DNA of 64,000 bases, taken from assembly GCA_013239625.1 (NCBI GenBank), contig MU053881.1:7587957-7651956 (forward strand), in the 5' to 3' direction. The notes under the pieces are model-generated. The model ran no database searches. It had not been told where the DNA came from and was given only the letters and a program-made list of their open reading frames with translations. The stretch comes from Lama guanicoe. Its lineage: Eukaryota. Made by a program: the position numbers and the translations under genes. Shown piece after piece: positions 1 to 11,864 of the stretch (its first letter is position 1; every line of letters begins with the position of its first letter).

Positions 1-4
1 ACTG

Positions 5-85
5 CAAATATATGCTGTGAGCCTACTAAGTGCCAGGTAGTCTTTTAGGCCGTGCTTATAACGCTCTAAACAAAACAAAGTTAAC
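5..85 (-). mobile_element. L2 LINE 3' end fragment
   Basis: caaatatatgctgtgagcctactaagtgccagg...aaacaaaacaaag resembles the reverse-complemented L2 tail. Confidence 0.55.
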
Positions 86-253
86 GTTGTGCCCTAGGGT
101 GCATAGCTCGTTAAAGACCAGAACTGTGAGCAGGCTCGGGTTTCCAGGCTTCCAGGTCAGCATTCCTGTTTTGGTTTATTCCAATTATATCCTAAAGAAG
201 GAGTGACTCTAATACTGGCAGTGCTTATACTGCCTATGCATGTGCCTGGATTT

Positions 254-258
254 TGTGT

Positions 259-291
<33 letters not shown>
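254..291. repeat. (TG)n microsatellite
   Basis: Direct TG run with one interruption. Confidence 0.95.
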
Positions 292-295
<4 letters not shown>

Positions 296-319
296 TCTCT
301 GGGGAGCTCTGGAGCTTAC

Positions 320-749
320 CCCTTTACTGGACTTACACTTCCTGAAGTACATTACATGTACTATCACAACCCTCTCTAGCCCTAAGGATGGGTTCCCTTC
401 TTTTTCACCTTGACCCTAAATTTGGAGTCAAATAATCCGAGGCAAGACAGCTTCTTGTGATGGAGCATTTCTGAACAAAGGAGGGAAGGGAGAAATCCAG
501 ATTTCCACAACATTTCTAATTGTGGAATTGGGTTCTAAAACCCTCTGAAAGGTTGAGAGTCACTAGTTGAGGGACTTGTGCAGAAAGGGACTTGTAGAGC
601 AGCTGAGCTCATTCCTCCACATTCTTCCACGTGTAGGGAAGAACAGAAGAGGGTAGAGCGGACTTGACTGTATACCCCTGTTATGGGGAAAACAAGATTG
701 GCTCCTCGGCTCCCTGGTGATGGGGCCAAGGGACCTGGTGTCTTCATCA
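320..749 (-). other. Candidate exon of an unidentified minus-strand transcript
   Basis: Acceptor ctaccttttctttcccttaag|TGATG at 750/749; donors GT|GTAAGT (337/336) and GG|GTAAGC (320/319); open frame to TAG at 535-537; no recognisable homology. Confidence 0.25.
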
Positions 750-1177
750 CTTAAGGGAAAGAAAAGGTAGAATAAGTGTTTACAGGAACCTCACTGCATA
801 AATAAAACCAACCATGGCAATAGTCTTGAAAGACTTATTTCAAGACCTCCTTTCTCTCCCACCTTGACATTTTAATGGGGTCGGCAGCTTAAGCTTCATT
901 GTAATGGAAACCAGAAGACAATCTCCAAAAGTGAAAGGCTGCAATGGAGGCCCAGCAGCCTTTGTGTCTAAATGTATCAGCTCTGCCCTCAGCACACGGC
1001 AATGTTGCCTGACAGGCAATTACTGCTGTTCCTAATTGCTTCCATCAAACCCGGTTGTTTGAAATAACCTAGATCCCCATACCAAGCCGTGCCTTAGCCA
1101 ACACTGTTTTCTTGGCTTTGGTTAATGCTCTACTTTTGGCACACTGGTTTCTGTCTGGCAATCAAGTTCATGCTGAC

Positions 1178-1374
1178 CTGTTAAACTTTCCGAAGACCCT
1201 CTCTGATCAAAGCCGGAAGACAGTCTAATTAGGGTCCGTCTTAAGTGGAAGGCTGGCAGAGCAGGGTGTCTCCTGTTCAACTTGTCAGTACAAGGAGAGA
1301 AGATGAAAGCGCTACGTAGGACTCGGCCCTCAGATATACAGTCCATGGGAGGGTTGCCTGACGGTGGCATCTTC
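1178..1374 (-). other. Candidate 197-nt exon of an unidentified minus-strand transcript
   Basis: Acceptor ttttcacttctacatgttcag|GAAG, donor CAG|GTCAGC, open frame KMPPSGNPP...SSESLT, phase compatible with the exon starting at 749. Confidence 0.3.
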
Positions 1375-1639
1375 CTGAACATGTAGAAGTGAAAATTTGT
1401 GTGGGGAGCTCTGAGCATCCATGAGAAAAGATGAAAAAGTTTATATTTTAAAGTGTGTACGTTCTGATAGCTTTCTGTGTAGGAAGCGTCATTTTTTCTT
1501 AACCTGAAAGGTTTCCAATGTGATTGCATTAGAATTCTTGATATTTCCCTCCACCAGTATCCCCAGCTCAGTAAAGGACACAACCACACAGATGATTAGG
1601 AGTCGTCTTTGGGGTTTCCAGGTTCCTCATCCCTTATTA

Positions 1640-1805
1640 TTTTGAGTCTTTTCTCTGTCTACACTGTTACCAGCATGCCTCAGCTCCCACTGTCTTGCAT
1701 CTGGACTAGGATAATAGCTTTCCAGCTCTTTTCATGTCTTCCTCTCCCAGATCTCTCCACTTCATTCTCCACAAGGCAACAGGAATACACCTTTAAAAAT
1801 GTGCA
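1640..1805 (+). mobile_element. L2 LINE fragment
   Basis: tcttgcatctggactagg...ttcattctccacaaggcaacagg...cctttaaaaatg matches the L2 3' region pattern. Confidence 0.55.
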
Positions 1806-1811
1806 TCCCAC

Positions 1812-2315
1812 AACAGGCTACCTACTGTGTGATTCCATGTATGTGGCATTATAGAAGAGGCAAAACTACAAATAAAAGAAAAACAAACTGTTTTCTAGGG
1901 CCTGTGTATAGGGGAGGGGATTAAATGCAAAAAAGCAAAAGGGAACTTTGGGGGGTGACAGAAATATTCTATATCTTGATTGTGATATTGATTGTATGAG
2001 TTTAGGTATTGTCAAAACTCACCATTCTATATACTTTTTTTAAACATTTTTTATTGAGTTATATTTTTTATATAAAAAATGACATTTTTTATAGTCATTT
2101 TACAATGTTGTGTCAAATTCCAGTATAGAGCACAATTATTCACTTATACGTGAACATACATATATTCATTGTCACTTTTTTTTCCACTGTGAGTTATCAC
2201 AAGATCTTGTATAGATTTCCCTGTGCTATACATTCTATATACTTTTAAAAAGGTGAATTTCATTGTATATGGCATTTTCATTGAATATGGCACAATAAAC
2301 CTGACTTTTAAAAAA
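1812..2315 (+). mobile_element. Old L1M (L1ME/MC-type) 3' UTR, split by a younger insertion at 2039-2230
   Basis: tactgtgtgattccat...ggcaaaacta...gggaactttggggggtgacagaaatattctatatcttgattgtg...gtcaaaactca, resuming as aaaaggtgaatttcattgtatat. Confidence 0.75.
2039..2230 (-). mobile_element. Young 5'-truncated camelid-type L1 3' end with 16-bp TSD
   Basis: T-rich head; homologous to 2370-2532; flanked by identical cattctatatactttt at 2023-2038 and 2231-2246. Confidence 0.9.
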
Positions 2316-2360
2316 TGTCCAAAAAACTGGGGAAAAAAAGCTCTACTCATAGCGATTGTC

Positions 2361-4662
2361 TTTTTTTTTAAATATATATTTTTATTGAAGTATTGTCACT
2401 TTATAATGCTGTGTCAATTTCTGGTGTACAGCACAATACTTAAGTCATATAGGAACATACATATATTCGTTTTCATGTTCTTTTTCACTGTAAGTTACTA
2501 CAAAATATTGAATATGGTTCCCTGTGCTATATACAGTATAAACTTGTTGTTTATCTATTTTATATATATTAGTTAGTATCTGCAAATTTCAAACTCCCGA
2601 TTTAGCCCTTCCCCGCTCCCTGTAACCATAAGTTTGTTGTCTATGTCTGTGAGTCTGTTTCTGTTTTGTAAATAAGTTTGTCTTTTTTTTTTGTTTTAGA
2701 TTCCACATATAAGTAATATAATATGGTATTTTTCTTTCTTTTTCTAGCTTACTTCACTTAGAATGACATTCTCCAGGTCCATCCATATTGCTGCAAATGG
2801 CATTATTTTATTCTATTTTATGGCTAAGTAGTATTCCATTGTATAATATACCACAGCCTCTTTATCCAGTCCTCTGTTGATGGACATTTAGGCTGTTTCC
2901 ATGGCTTGGCTATTGTAAATAATGCTGCCATGAACATTGGGGTGCATGTGTCTTCTTGTATTAAGGTTCCCTCTGGATATATGCCCAGGAGTGGGATTGC
3001 TGGATCATATGGTAAGTCTATTTTTAGTCTTTTGAGGAATCTCCATACTGTTTCCCATAATGGCTGCACTAAGCTACATTGCCACCATCAGTGTAGGAGG
3101 GTTCCCTTTTCTCCACACCCTCTCCAGCATTTATCATTTGTGGACTTTTGAACTGGCCATTTGGTATGAGGTGATACCTCAGTAGTTTTGATTTGCATTT
3201 CTCTGATAATTGGTGATACTGAGCATTTTTTCACGTGCCTATTGGCCATTTGTATGCTGACCATTTTTGGATTTGTTTGTTTGTTTTTTCTTATTATGTT
3301 GTATGAGCTGTTTATATATATATTCTAGCAGTTAAGCCCTTGTCAGTCTCATCTTTTGCAAATATTTTCTCCCATTCCGTAGGTTGTCTTTCTGTTTTGC
3401 TTATGGTTTCCTTTGCTGTGCAAAAGCTTATAAGTTTAATTAGGTCCCATTTGTTTATTTTTGCTTTTTTATTTAATTGCTTGGGTAGATTGCCCTAGGA
3501 GAACATTGCTGAGATTAATGTCAGATAATGTTTTGCCTGTGTTTTTTTTCTAAGAGGTTTATAGTGTCTTATCTTATGTTCAAGTCTTTAAGCCATTTTG
3601 AGTTTATTTTTGTGTATAGTGTGAGGGAGTATTCTAACTTCATTGCTTTACCTGCAGCTGTCCAGTTTCCCAACACCATTTGCTGAAGAGACTGTCCTTA
3701 TTGCATTGTATGTTCTTGCCTCCTTTGTCAAAGATTAATTGACCAAAAGTTTGTGGGTTTATTTCTGGGCTCTCTATTATGTTCAATTGATCAATATGTC
3801 TGTTTTTGCACCAATACCATGCTGTTTTGATTACTGTAGCTCTGTAGTATTATCTGAAGTATGGGAGGGTTATTCCTCTCACTTCATTCTTTTTTTTCAG
3901 TATTGCTTTGGCAATTCTGGGCCTTTTGTGATTTCATATAAATTTTAGGATTATTTGTTCTAATTCTGTAAAAAAAAAAATGCCCTGGGTAATTTGATAC
4001 AGATTGCATTACATCTGTAGATTGCTTTCGGTAGTATGGCCATTTTAACAATATTAATTCTTCCAATCCAAGAACATGGAATATCTTTACATTTCTTTAA
4101 GTCATCTTTAATTTCCTTAGTCAGCGTTTTGTAGTTCTACACATACAAGTCTTTCACTTCCTTGGTCAGATTTATTCCTAAGTACTTTATTTTTTTGGAT
4201 GCAATTTTAAAAGGGATTGTTTCTTTACTTTCCTTTTCTGATATCTCATTGTTAGTGTAAAGAAATGCCATTGGTTTCTGTATGTTAATCTTGTATCCTG
4301 CTACCTTGCTGAATTCTTTTATTAGCTCTAGTAGTTTTTTGTGTGGAGCCTTTAGAATTTTCTATATATAGTATCATGGAATCCACATATAATGAGAAAG
4401 GTAAACTCTTCTTTTCCAATTTGGAGCTCTTTTATTTCTTTTCCTTGTCTAATTGCTATGGCTAGGACTTCCAATACTATGCTGAATAAAAGTGGTGAGA
4501 GTGGGCGTCCTTGTCTTGTTTCAGATTTTAGCAGAAAAACTTTCAGCTTTTCACCGTTGAGTATTATGCTGGCTGTAGGTTTGTCATAAATAGCTTTTAT
4601 TATGTTGAGATATGTTCCCTCTATACTCACTTTGCTAAGAGTTTTTATCATAAATGGATGTT
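2361..4662 (-). mobile_element. 5'-truncated camelid-type L1 (ORF2 RT to C-terminus plus 3' UTR), inactive
   Basis: ORF2 peptides [33 protein letters not shown] (4352-4651) and [32 protein letters not shown] (2824-3069); frameshifted; catalytic (F/Y)ADD reads YVDS. Confidence 0.97.
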
Positions 4663-4664
4663 CC

Positions 4665-4920
4665 CTTCTGTACTCTTTATCATATCATATTGTTTATTTT
4701 CCTTATACACTTATAATCCCAAATTGAGATGATCTTGTTTATTTATGTATTTATTTATACATTTGTTTGCTGACCCTTGAGGCACATCCCTATACCATTA
4801 GGATATAGCTTTCTCAAGGAGGACCTTTTTTGGCTTGTTCTTCGTGTCTCTTTAATTTTGAGAAAAGCAGTTGTCCAATAGTTGGTGCTCAGTGTATGTT
4901 TTTAGAACAAAAGAATAAAT
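4665..4920 (+). mobile_element. L2 LINE 3' end
   Basis: ttgtttatttatg...atagttggtgctcagtgtatgttt...aagaataaa L2 tail pattern. Confidence 0.6.
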
Positions 4921-5154
4921 TCTTAGTTATATTGGCCAGTCTATCTCCAAACTTCTCACGAACGGTGCCTTCTACACAAGAGCCTTCCAATAGGCAGCCT
5001 TCAGAAATGGTTCCTGAGCAATCAGATAGGCAGTCGTGCTTTTCCTTTTAGTGGGATCAGGGAACTCAAAGCTTCTCACCTCTTGCCCTTATTTGACATT
5101 TCATCCGCTAAGCCCCACATTTAGGTATTATTTCAAACAGTAGGAACACAGAGG

Positions 5155-5340
5155 TGTGGAGGCTGCCCTGGAGGAGATCACATTCTTGGGAGGGAAACAA
5201 ACCCAAACAATTGTGAAATAATGCAGTAAATGCTACTGGAGAGCCACAGAGTGCTGTAGAAAAAAATGGCTGAAGGTGTTGATTTTTGGTGTTAGGGGAG
5301 GACTTCCCTGAAGAGGTTAAATTTGTGTTTGGCCCCACTG
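5155..5340 (-). mobile_element. L2 LINE fragment
   Basis: ctgccctggaggagatcacattc...gacttccctgaagagg. Confidence 0.55.
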
Positions 5341-5357
5341 AGATAATGGCTCTAGAT

Positions 5358-5601
5358 CGGTGATCTCCACACTGGGAGTCAGGGTGGGATGGTAGGGAAG
5401 GCAATTTTGCCCCACTGGGCATGTATGGCAATGTCTAGAGACATTTTTATTGTCACAACTGGAAGCAGGAGGGAGGTGCTGTTGGCATCTAGTAGGCAGA
5501 GACTAGGAATGCTGCTGTACATCCTACAGGGCACAGGATTCCCCCACAACAAAGAATTATCCTGCCCCAAATCCCAATTGTGCTGAGGATGAGAAACCCT
5601 G
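5358..5601 (+). mobile_element. MER20 (hAT-Charlie non-autonomous DNA transposon)
   Basis: ggcaattttgcccc...ggcaatgtctagagacattttt...ggcatctagtaggcagag...aaagaattatcctgcccca...tgagaaaccctg. Confidence 0.9.
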
Positions 5602-5669
5602 ATTAAGACAATGATTGTCATTGCTGCTAAAACTGTCAGATGAGAGGCTGATAGGTAATTTTAGAATGG

Positions 5670-6715
5670 ACAGGTCAAGCTGACAACACTGATCAATCTT
5701 ACCAAACAAAAAAAGAGATAACCAGTCTTTCTATGTCCCCCCCTTGTAGTATGTGAAATACTCTCACTAAAACATCAGCCCTGAAACTGACCAAGCCTCT
5801 CCTGCAGCATTGGCTACGTGAAATATGTTAGCCACATACGTAATTAAAATTTTCCTAGTAGCCACATTAAAAAATAAAAAGAAACTGGTGGAAATTAATT
5901 TTTATGATGTATTTTACTCAACCGCAATATAAGCAAAGTACTTCTGTTTCAACATGTAATCGGTAGACACATTATTAATGAGACGTTTTACTTTTTTTGT
6001 ACCGTCTTTGGAATCTGGTGTGTATCTTACACTTTCAGAGCATCTCCACCCAGACTAGCCACATTTCAAGTGCTCAGCAGGCATATGGTGAGTGGCTGCT
6101 GTTTTGGACAGAAACAGCTGTAGAGTTAAACACCAATTTGTAGGACAATTGGAGAACAGAGAAATATGTTACGCACAGTCCAAGGGTGCAATCAAAAAAG
6201 ATCCAGAATGTGGGAAACTCGTTAGGACAATGTTCTGGTTTCTTTCACCAAAAAAGTTGCAAGAACAAGGCAAGAGGCAGTGGGGCTGGGGGGAGGTGTT
6301 ACTGATTTAAAATGACTTATGCAGTATACCAATCAGATGGATTATGTGGACCTCGTTCGGGATCCTGACTTGAACAAAACAACTGTAAAAAATTGTGTTT
6401 TGAACAATAGCCACTTTATGATATTCAAAGAATTATTAACTTTGTTAAGTATGATACTTAGTATTGTGATTATAGTCAAAATCAGACTCCTTTTAAAGAC
6501 ACATGCTGAAATATTTACAGATGAAATGAGACAATGTCTGTGACTCGCCTTATGGGGGGAAACAATGGGTGTGAGCGTCGAGCAACACGGTTGGCCATGA
6601 GTTGATGATTCTTGAAAGTAGGTGATGGGTGCACGAGTGGGCATTATACTATTCTCTTTACTTATGTAAATATTTTAAAAATAAAGATTAAATAAAGATT
6701 TAAATAAAGATTTTT
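5670..6715 (+). mobile_element. L1MC-type 3' UTR, interrupted by MER33
   Basis: ctgaccaagcctct / tagagttaaacaccaatttgtagga, aaagatccagaatgtgggaaact, gatcctgacttgaacaaaacaactgtaaaa, tgaaatatttacagatgaaatg. Confidence 0.8.
5805..6118. mobile_element. MER33 (hAT-Charlie)
   Basis: agccacatacgtaattaaaattttcctagtagccacatt...actagccacatttcaagtgctca...gtggctgctgttttggacag. Confidence 0.85.
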
Positions 6716-7104
6716 AACATATGCTTGGTTTTGGCAAATATTGCCTGTGGATATGTTTTGCTGTCCTGGATCCATGGCATGCATGTACCGCTGCCACTTG
6801 ATAGTGACTTTCCAGGGGGGATCTCTGTCTTCTCCTCTGTTCCCCTGTAGCAGCCACCTATGGGTGGCACTTTCCAAGAGAATTAAAGAGTTGGTGGTTG
6901 AATCCTAAGCATCTCAGAAATAAGACATTCTGGAGATTTTGTATATTCTATCATTGAGATAAGAGCAGCAATTGGAAGCTGGCATAAATGTTTATATCAG
7001 GAACAAAAACAAAAGAAACAGAAAAGGAATGCTCATATCACTAACCTTCTGAGACAGTAATGCCTCTAGTGGACACAGGAAGTGGGTTTTTTTCCCTAAA
7101 ATTT

Positions 7105-7371
7105 TTACCCATAGGGTATGATTTTAGGTGGTACAAAAGTCAGAACTCTTAAACTTTTAAAGTATAATTATTTTATGTGTAATAAAATTTTTAAAACTAG
7201 CTGGCACATCAAACTCATTTTATACGTGTTATCAATTGGGGCAAGTAGAGAAAAGTAGGAAAAATAAGTTAGCTTAAACAAAAATATTGAGGAGAAAATA
7301 GTAAAGGTGGGACATGGATATGGCACAAGCTCTGAAGGTGATTCACAAATTGGTGAATTTGGGGAAATGCT
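7105..7371. mobile_element. Charlie18a-like hAT element
   Basis: gattttaggtggtaca...aatagtaaaggtgggacatggatatggcacaa...tgaaggtg...gaatttggggaaatgct. Confidence 0.6.
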
Positions 7372-7406
7372 CTGTGTGTGTGTGTGTATGTGTGTGTGTG
7401 TGTGTA
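7372..7406. repeat. (TG)n microsatellite
   Basis: Direct TG run. Confidence 0.95.
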
Positions 7407-7699
7407 TATTTTCTTCTCAAAAAAAGCATATGGAGAAACAAGCACATAAAACAACTCAGGCTGAGAGATTTTTATCTAGAGTGATTTCCATTGTAAGGGT
7501 GACATATCTCATGATAAATCTCTGTGTTGTGCCCATACGTACTTTCCCATATCCTGTGCCTTCTAGAGCACATATCTGGTGGGAAAATATACTGAGAGAA
7601 AGGATGGTGGCCTTTGTTTTCAGGACAACATGTGTTGGGTAAAATAGTTCTGAGTGAGGGTGGAGAGACCTGTACTGTATGACAGACATTCAGCCAGTC

Positions 7700-8160
7700 C
7701 CTTTACTCTTCTTGCCTCATCATCGTCCCCAGGGCCCTACATGACCTGTTTCCTGCCCATCTCCAGCTTCACCTTGTCAGCTTCAGTCTCACGGCCAGCT
7801 TTCTGTCCTCCAGCATTCGAGGCTGCTTCTCTCTCGGAGCCAGTGCTCTTGCACTTTCCTCTGTCTGCCTTTCCAAAAGCTCATTGCTTGGACAGTTTCT
7901 TATCACTTAATCTTAGCATCAATATTGCCTTCTCTCCAGCCCTCCCTCTCAAAAGAACCACTTCTCCAACCAGTCTTTATCACATTATCCTATTTTTGTC
8001 TTCTTCACAGAAACTAAGACTCCCTGAAATTATGCTATTTGTTTACTCGCTCCATAGAAGAGCTTTGTCTGTTTTGTTCTCAGTATTTCCCCATCATGTT
8101 GAATAGTTCTTGGCATGCAGAAGGACCTTGGCAAATACTTATTGAATGAATACATGAATC
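7700..8160 (+). mobile_element. L2 LINE 3' region
   Basis: Pyrimidine-rich body ending ttggcatgcagaaggaccttggcaaatacttattgaatgaatacatgaat. Confidence 0.75.
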
Positions 8161-10429
8161 AGATAAGCTGGGCTTTGGACTAGATCATCTCTGAGGGTCT
8201 CCTTCCAGCTATGAAGTACCATGATTTTCAAAAGCCATCACAAAAAGCATTTATCTTTCCAACGGAGAGCTTTTCTCCACAGATCGGCCAAGATAGGATT
8301 TCCCAGGGCTTAGCTGAAATGGTGGGTAAGCAAGCCGAGTGAAACAGATGCCTTCGGGTGCCGACACATCTTCCTCTGAGTTTAGCAACAGAGCAAAGAG
8401 CAATCATTGTAATCAGTACAGAGGTGGATGAGAGAGTAACTAGGTCTTCTGCCAAATTGCCTTCGTGGATGTCAGAGCCAGTTTCTCTGAAAACAGCTCT
8501 TTATTTAAAACATTATTCCAAGCAGAGCTTGCCTCCCCCCACTTGCATCCCCCTTTTCTCTTACTTGGGCTCTCCAATTTGTCACATATGTGTTCAATTG
8601 CTTTCTTAACATCAGTTTGGGTAACCCTGATGCGAGGGAGATGTAAGAGTCAGCCATTAGGTGCATGAAGGTCTGATGAAAGTAACTTTAACACATCACC
8701 GTTTGCTTTGGCAGGAGTTTGGGCCAAGAGCAAAAGTCCTCTTGATGTGTCAAATTATAGATAAACACAAGTTTCAAAAACATTTGTGATATAACTGCAA
8801 ATAAATGCTGGTAACTGGCAGGGTGCTCCGTTTACAAATAGTTTCTGTCAACCAAACAGTAAGAGGATAAACTTGAACGCGACTGACTTCCCAAACATTT
8901 GAAAGCACTTTAATAGCAAGGCTCTGAGGCTGCAAGGATAAAACAGAATAATAATTAAGGCTTAAAATACCATCCAGCCAACAGCAAAGCTGCACTGGGC
9001 TATGCCTTGGGATCTATGGTTTATCATAATGACTCAGTGTCTGATTCCTCGAGCCCCACTCATCTTTTGAAGACTTTCTGAGTTGTCCACACTCCTGCTT
9101 TTGGTTCAGGTTGGTTTGTCCTCTTCAGGTCCCCAGTCTGAGATGCATGATCCTGGGAACTGGTTGGAATAGTTGATACCTAAGAAGAAGTGGTGCATTT
9201 CTTTCCTAGGTCAGAGCTTCAGGCCTTGATAAAGCAGTTGCATCTGGCAGGTTCTTTCTAACGGGGCAAAGTCAATAGGGACACTTGCCTTTGTGTGAGG
9301 CCCTTTGGTGGTGGTGGTAGCGGTAGGAGGAGAAATGGGGGTATATCTCCTTCTGTTCATTGGCCACCATGAGCTTTTATCCATCCATCCGTCTATCCGT
9401 GAGTCAAGAAATTTGTATTGAGTTCTTCTGATATACCAAACAGTGTACTAGACATCAGAATACATTAGTAAGAACATTTTTGGTGCTGGACTCTGATCTC
9501 TGTAATATAGAAAACCTCTAAAAATGGAAGACAGAGTTTTGAGTTCAGACCTACATTGACACTAACTCTGTTGTTTGTGTGCTGTTATCGGGAGCTTCAG
9601 ATTCAGTACTTGATCCGGTAGTGAATGGATGAGGGCATGCAGGGTGGGGACTGTGCCACTCTGGGAACTTCATGCCCCATGCACAGTGAGCAGTGAGCCT
9701 CACTTTGGTGAAATGTTGTTCTGTGGGAAGACAGCACAGTTCTCCAGATTTTCGAGATAAGCAAGAGATCTTGACCTTTAAAATACAGAATTCCCTCATT
9801 TTAAATATTGATGACTTAGTTTTCAGAGACACTGATCAGGGCAAAATTAAACAAAACCCATGTTTGCAGCCTTTTTAGGGTACACTGTCCTTTTCCTTAA
9901 TTTGTTTATCAGTGGAGAAAAGTCCTGAATCAGTGGAGCCTGACAGTCAGTGCAGTGATTTACAGGCTGCTGTTGGAGCAAGAGAGAGGCCATCCTGGCA
10001 GGGCACTGACCCCCACCCAGTGCCAACCAGTGAAGTGTTGTTTCTACCCATATTCCCAGATGTCTTTTGGGTTTTTCTTGTCTCCTTAGATCTGGGTTAA
10101 ATTGCCTAAAATCCACCAGTTCCCAACTACAAAACTCCGTGCAAGCTTCTGAGAATTCCTAGACGTGGGGCATGTAATTTCAAGGTCTCTTCTGTCTCCC
10201 AGGCTGCTGCATCACCCCTTGAAATTGCACTGTGCCCAGACATGGGACTTGGCTCTTTCTTTGAATTCCACAAGAAATGAACTCAGTGACCCAAAATATT
10301 CGTAGACTTTACAGAAGACATTTTTGGTAGGGGCGGGGTGGGGCTCAGGAAACAGAAAAAGTTTTATCCTGCAGCAAGGCACATTAACTTTATAGGAAAC
10401 AGCAGGCATGACTCTTTGTAAGATGTCAT

Positions 10430-10620
10430 TTCACCTACGCCCTGCCTGCTCTCTATTTGCTAGTTGTAGGATCTGGGTAAGTTACTTAGCCTTTCTGCAC
10501 TTCAGTTTCTTATATTTAAAGTGACGGGGCTATAATAATACCTGTGCAGAGGATTGAAATGAGTTAAGATAAGTAAAACAGTTAGAATAGGGTCAGGCAC
10601 GTTAGATGAATGGATGCATG
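10430..10620 (+). mobile_element. MIR SINE
   Basis: ctgggtaagttacttagcctttctgcacttcagtttcttatatttaaagtg...ataataatacc MIR core. Confidence 0.8.
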
Positions 10621-10672
10621 GATAGAGAGAGAGAGAAGGAAAGGAAGGAAGGAAGGGAAAGAAAGGAAAGAG
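10621..10672. repeat. GA-rich / (GGAA)n low-complexity tract
   Basis: gagagagagagaaggaaaggaaggaaggaagggaaag. Confidence 0.85.
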
Positions 10673-11864
10673 AAATAAACTTATGCTGTTATTATTTTAA
10701 TTTCTGTTTCTTCTCACTCCCTTCTCCACTCTTTTTCTTCCTTACTAACCTCTCCTCCTCCCATTCAAGCACAAAAACAGAAATTTGCACTTTACCCTCC
10801 TCTTTTCTCACCCAGAGTGGTTTTTCTCCTTTCTCCTCTGAGGCCTGGGCTCCTGCTGATGGCATATCCCAAGTATGTTTACTAAGATATTTTCCAAATA
10901 ATGATAGCTTCCTCCCTAAGAGGGATTAAGATGTCAAATGTCAAGGCCATATTTTTTTCAACTTGGGATGTTTATATATACACACAAAGGGTTCCATAGC
11001 TTAGAAATAAATATTAAAAATCCTGGCGAGGTCTTCAGGGTGTTTTCAGCCTCTTAAATTCTGTGATTCTGGGGAAATGAAGTTTCCTGGCCTCATGAAA
11101 TGTCTTAGTCCATGTCTTCTGCTGGTGAGCTGGGGGAGAGTACATGCTGGAACACCCAGCCTAGCGAGGCCCCCTCCAGGCACATCCCCAGGAGCTTGGA
11201 GGTGCTGTTGGCCCTTTTCTAAGGAGTCAAGGAGGCTGCAGTACCAGAGGGCTAGAACCTAACACAGTATTCAGTATTTTCCCCTCAAAAATAATTTTAT
11301 CCCATAGCTCTCAGAATATTTCTAGCCTCTCTACCCAACCCCACCTCCAGAAAATTCAGTCCCACAGATGATATATATGGAGAGAGACCATTCTCTCAGT
11401 GAAGAGCAAGTATTATTATAAAGTTTCTTAGTCTTACTTTATGTATTGGTGTTGGCTTATAGCTACATAAGCAAATACAAAATCTCAAAGATCTATTATC
11501 TTCTCATCCTTCAGTAAAGCCAGTAATTGTATATATGTACATATATATGATTTATATTTTTTATGAACCATATTTCTGTTGGGATTTTAATAAGAAATAA
11601 CAACACTAAAAACAAAAATCTCCTAATTCTATGTCAGTTTCCAATCTACCCTGTAAGTCCCTCCCTCCTTGGTACTCTGGCCTCGATAAGAGACTGGGAG
11701 TCTGATTTTTAAGCTATTGGTTGCTGTCCTTGGCATTTGTCAGAATGAGAAGTTGACTTTGGAAGCATTATAATAGAAGTGGCCTATTGTAGATTCAGGA
11801 AATAGATACTAACCAAATTAGAGGAACAGGAAAGGTGTGTTCTGCAATTCATTTCACACAGGTG

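Noticed and set aside
2824..4651. Reverse-transcriptase-like ORFs as a novel RT system
   Set aside because: Ordinary frameshifted L1 ORF2 fragments with a destroyed catalytic motif
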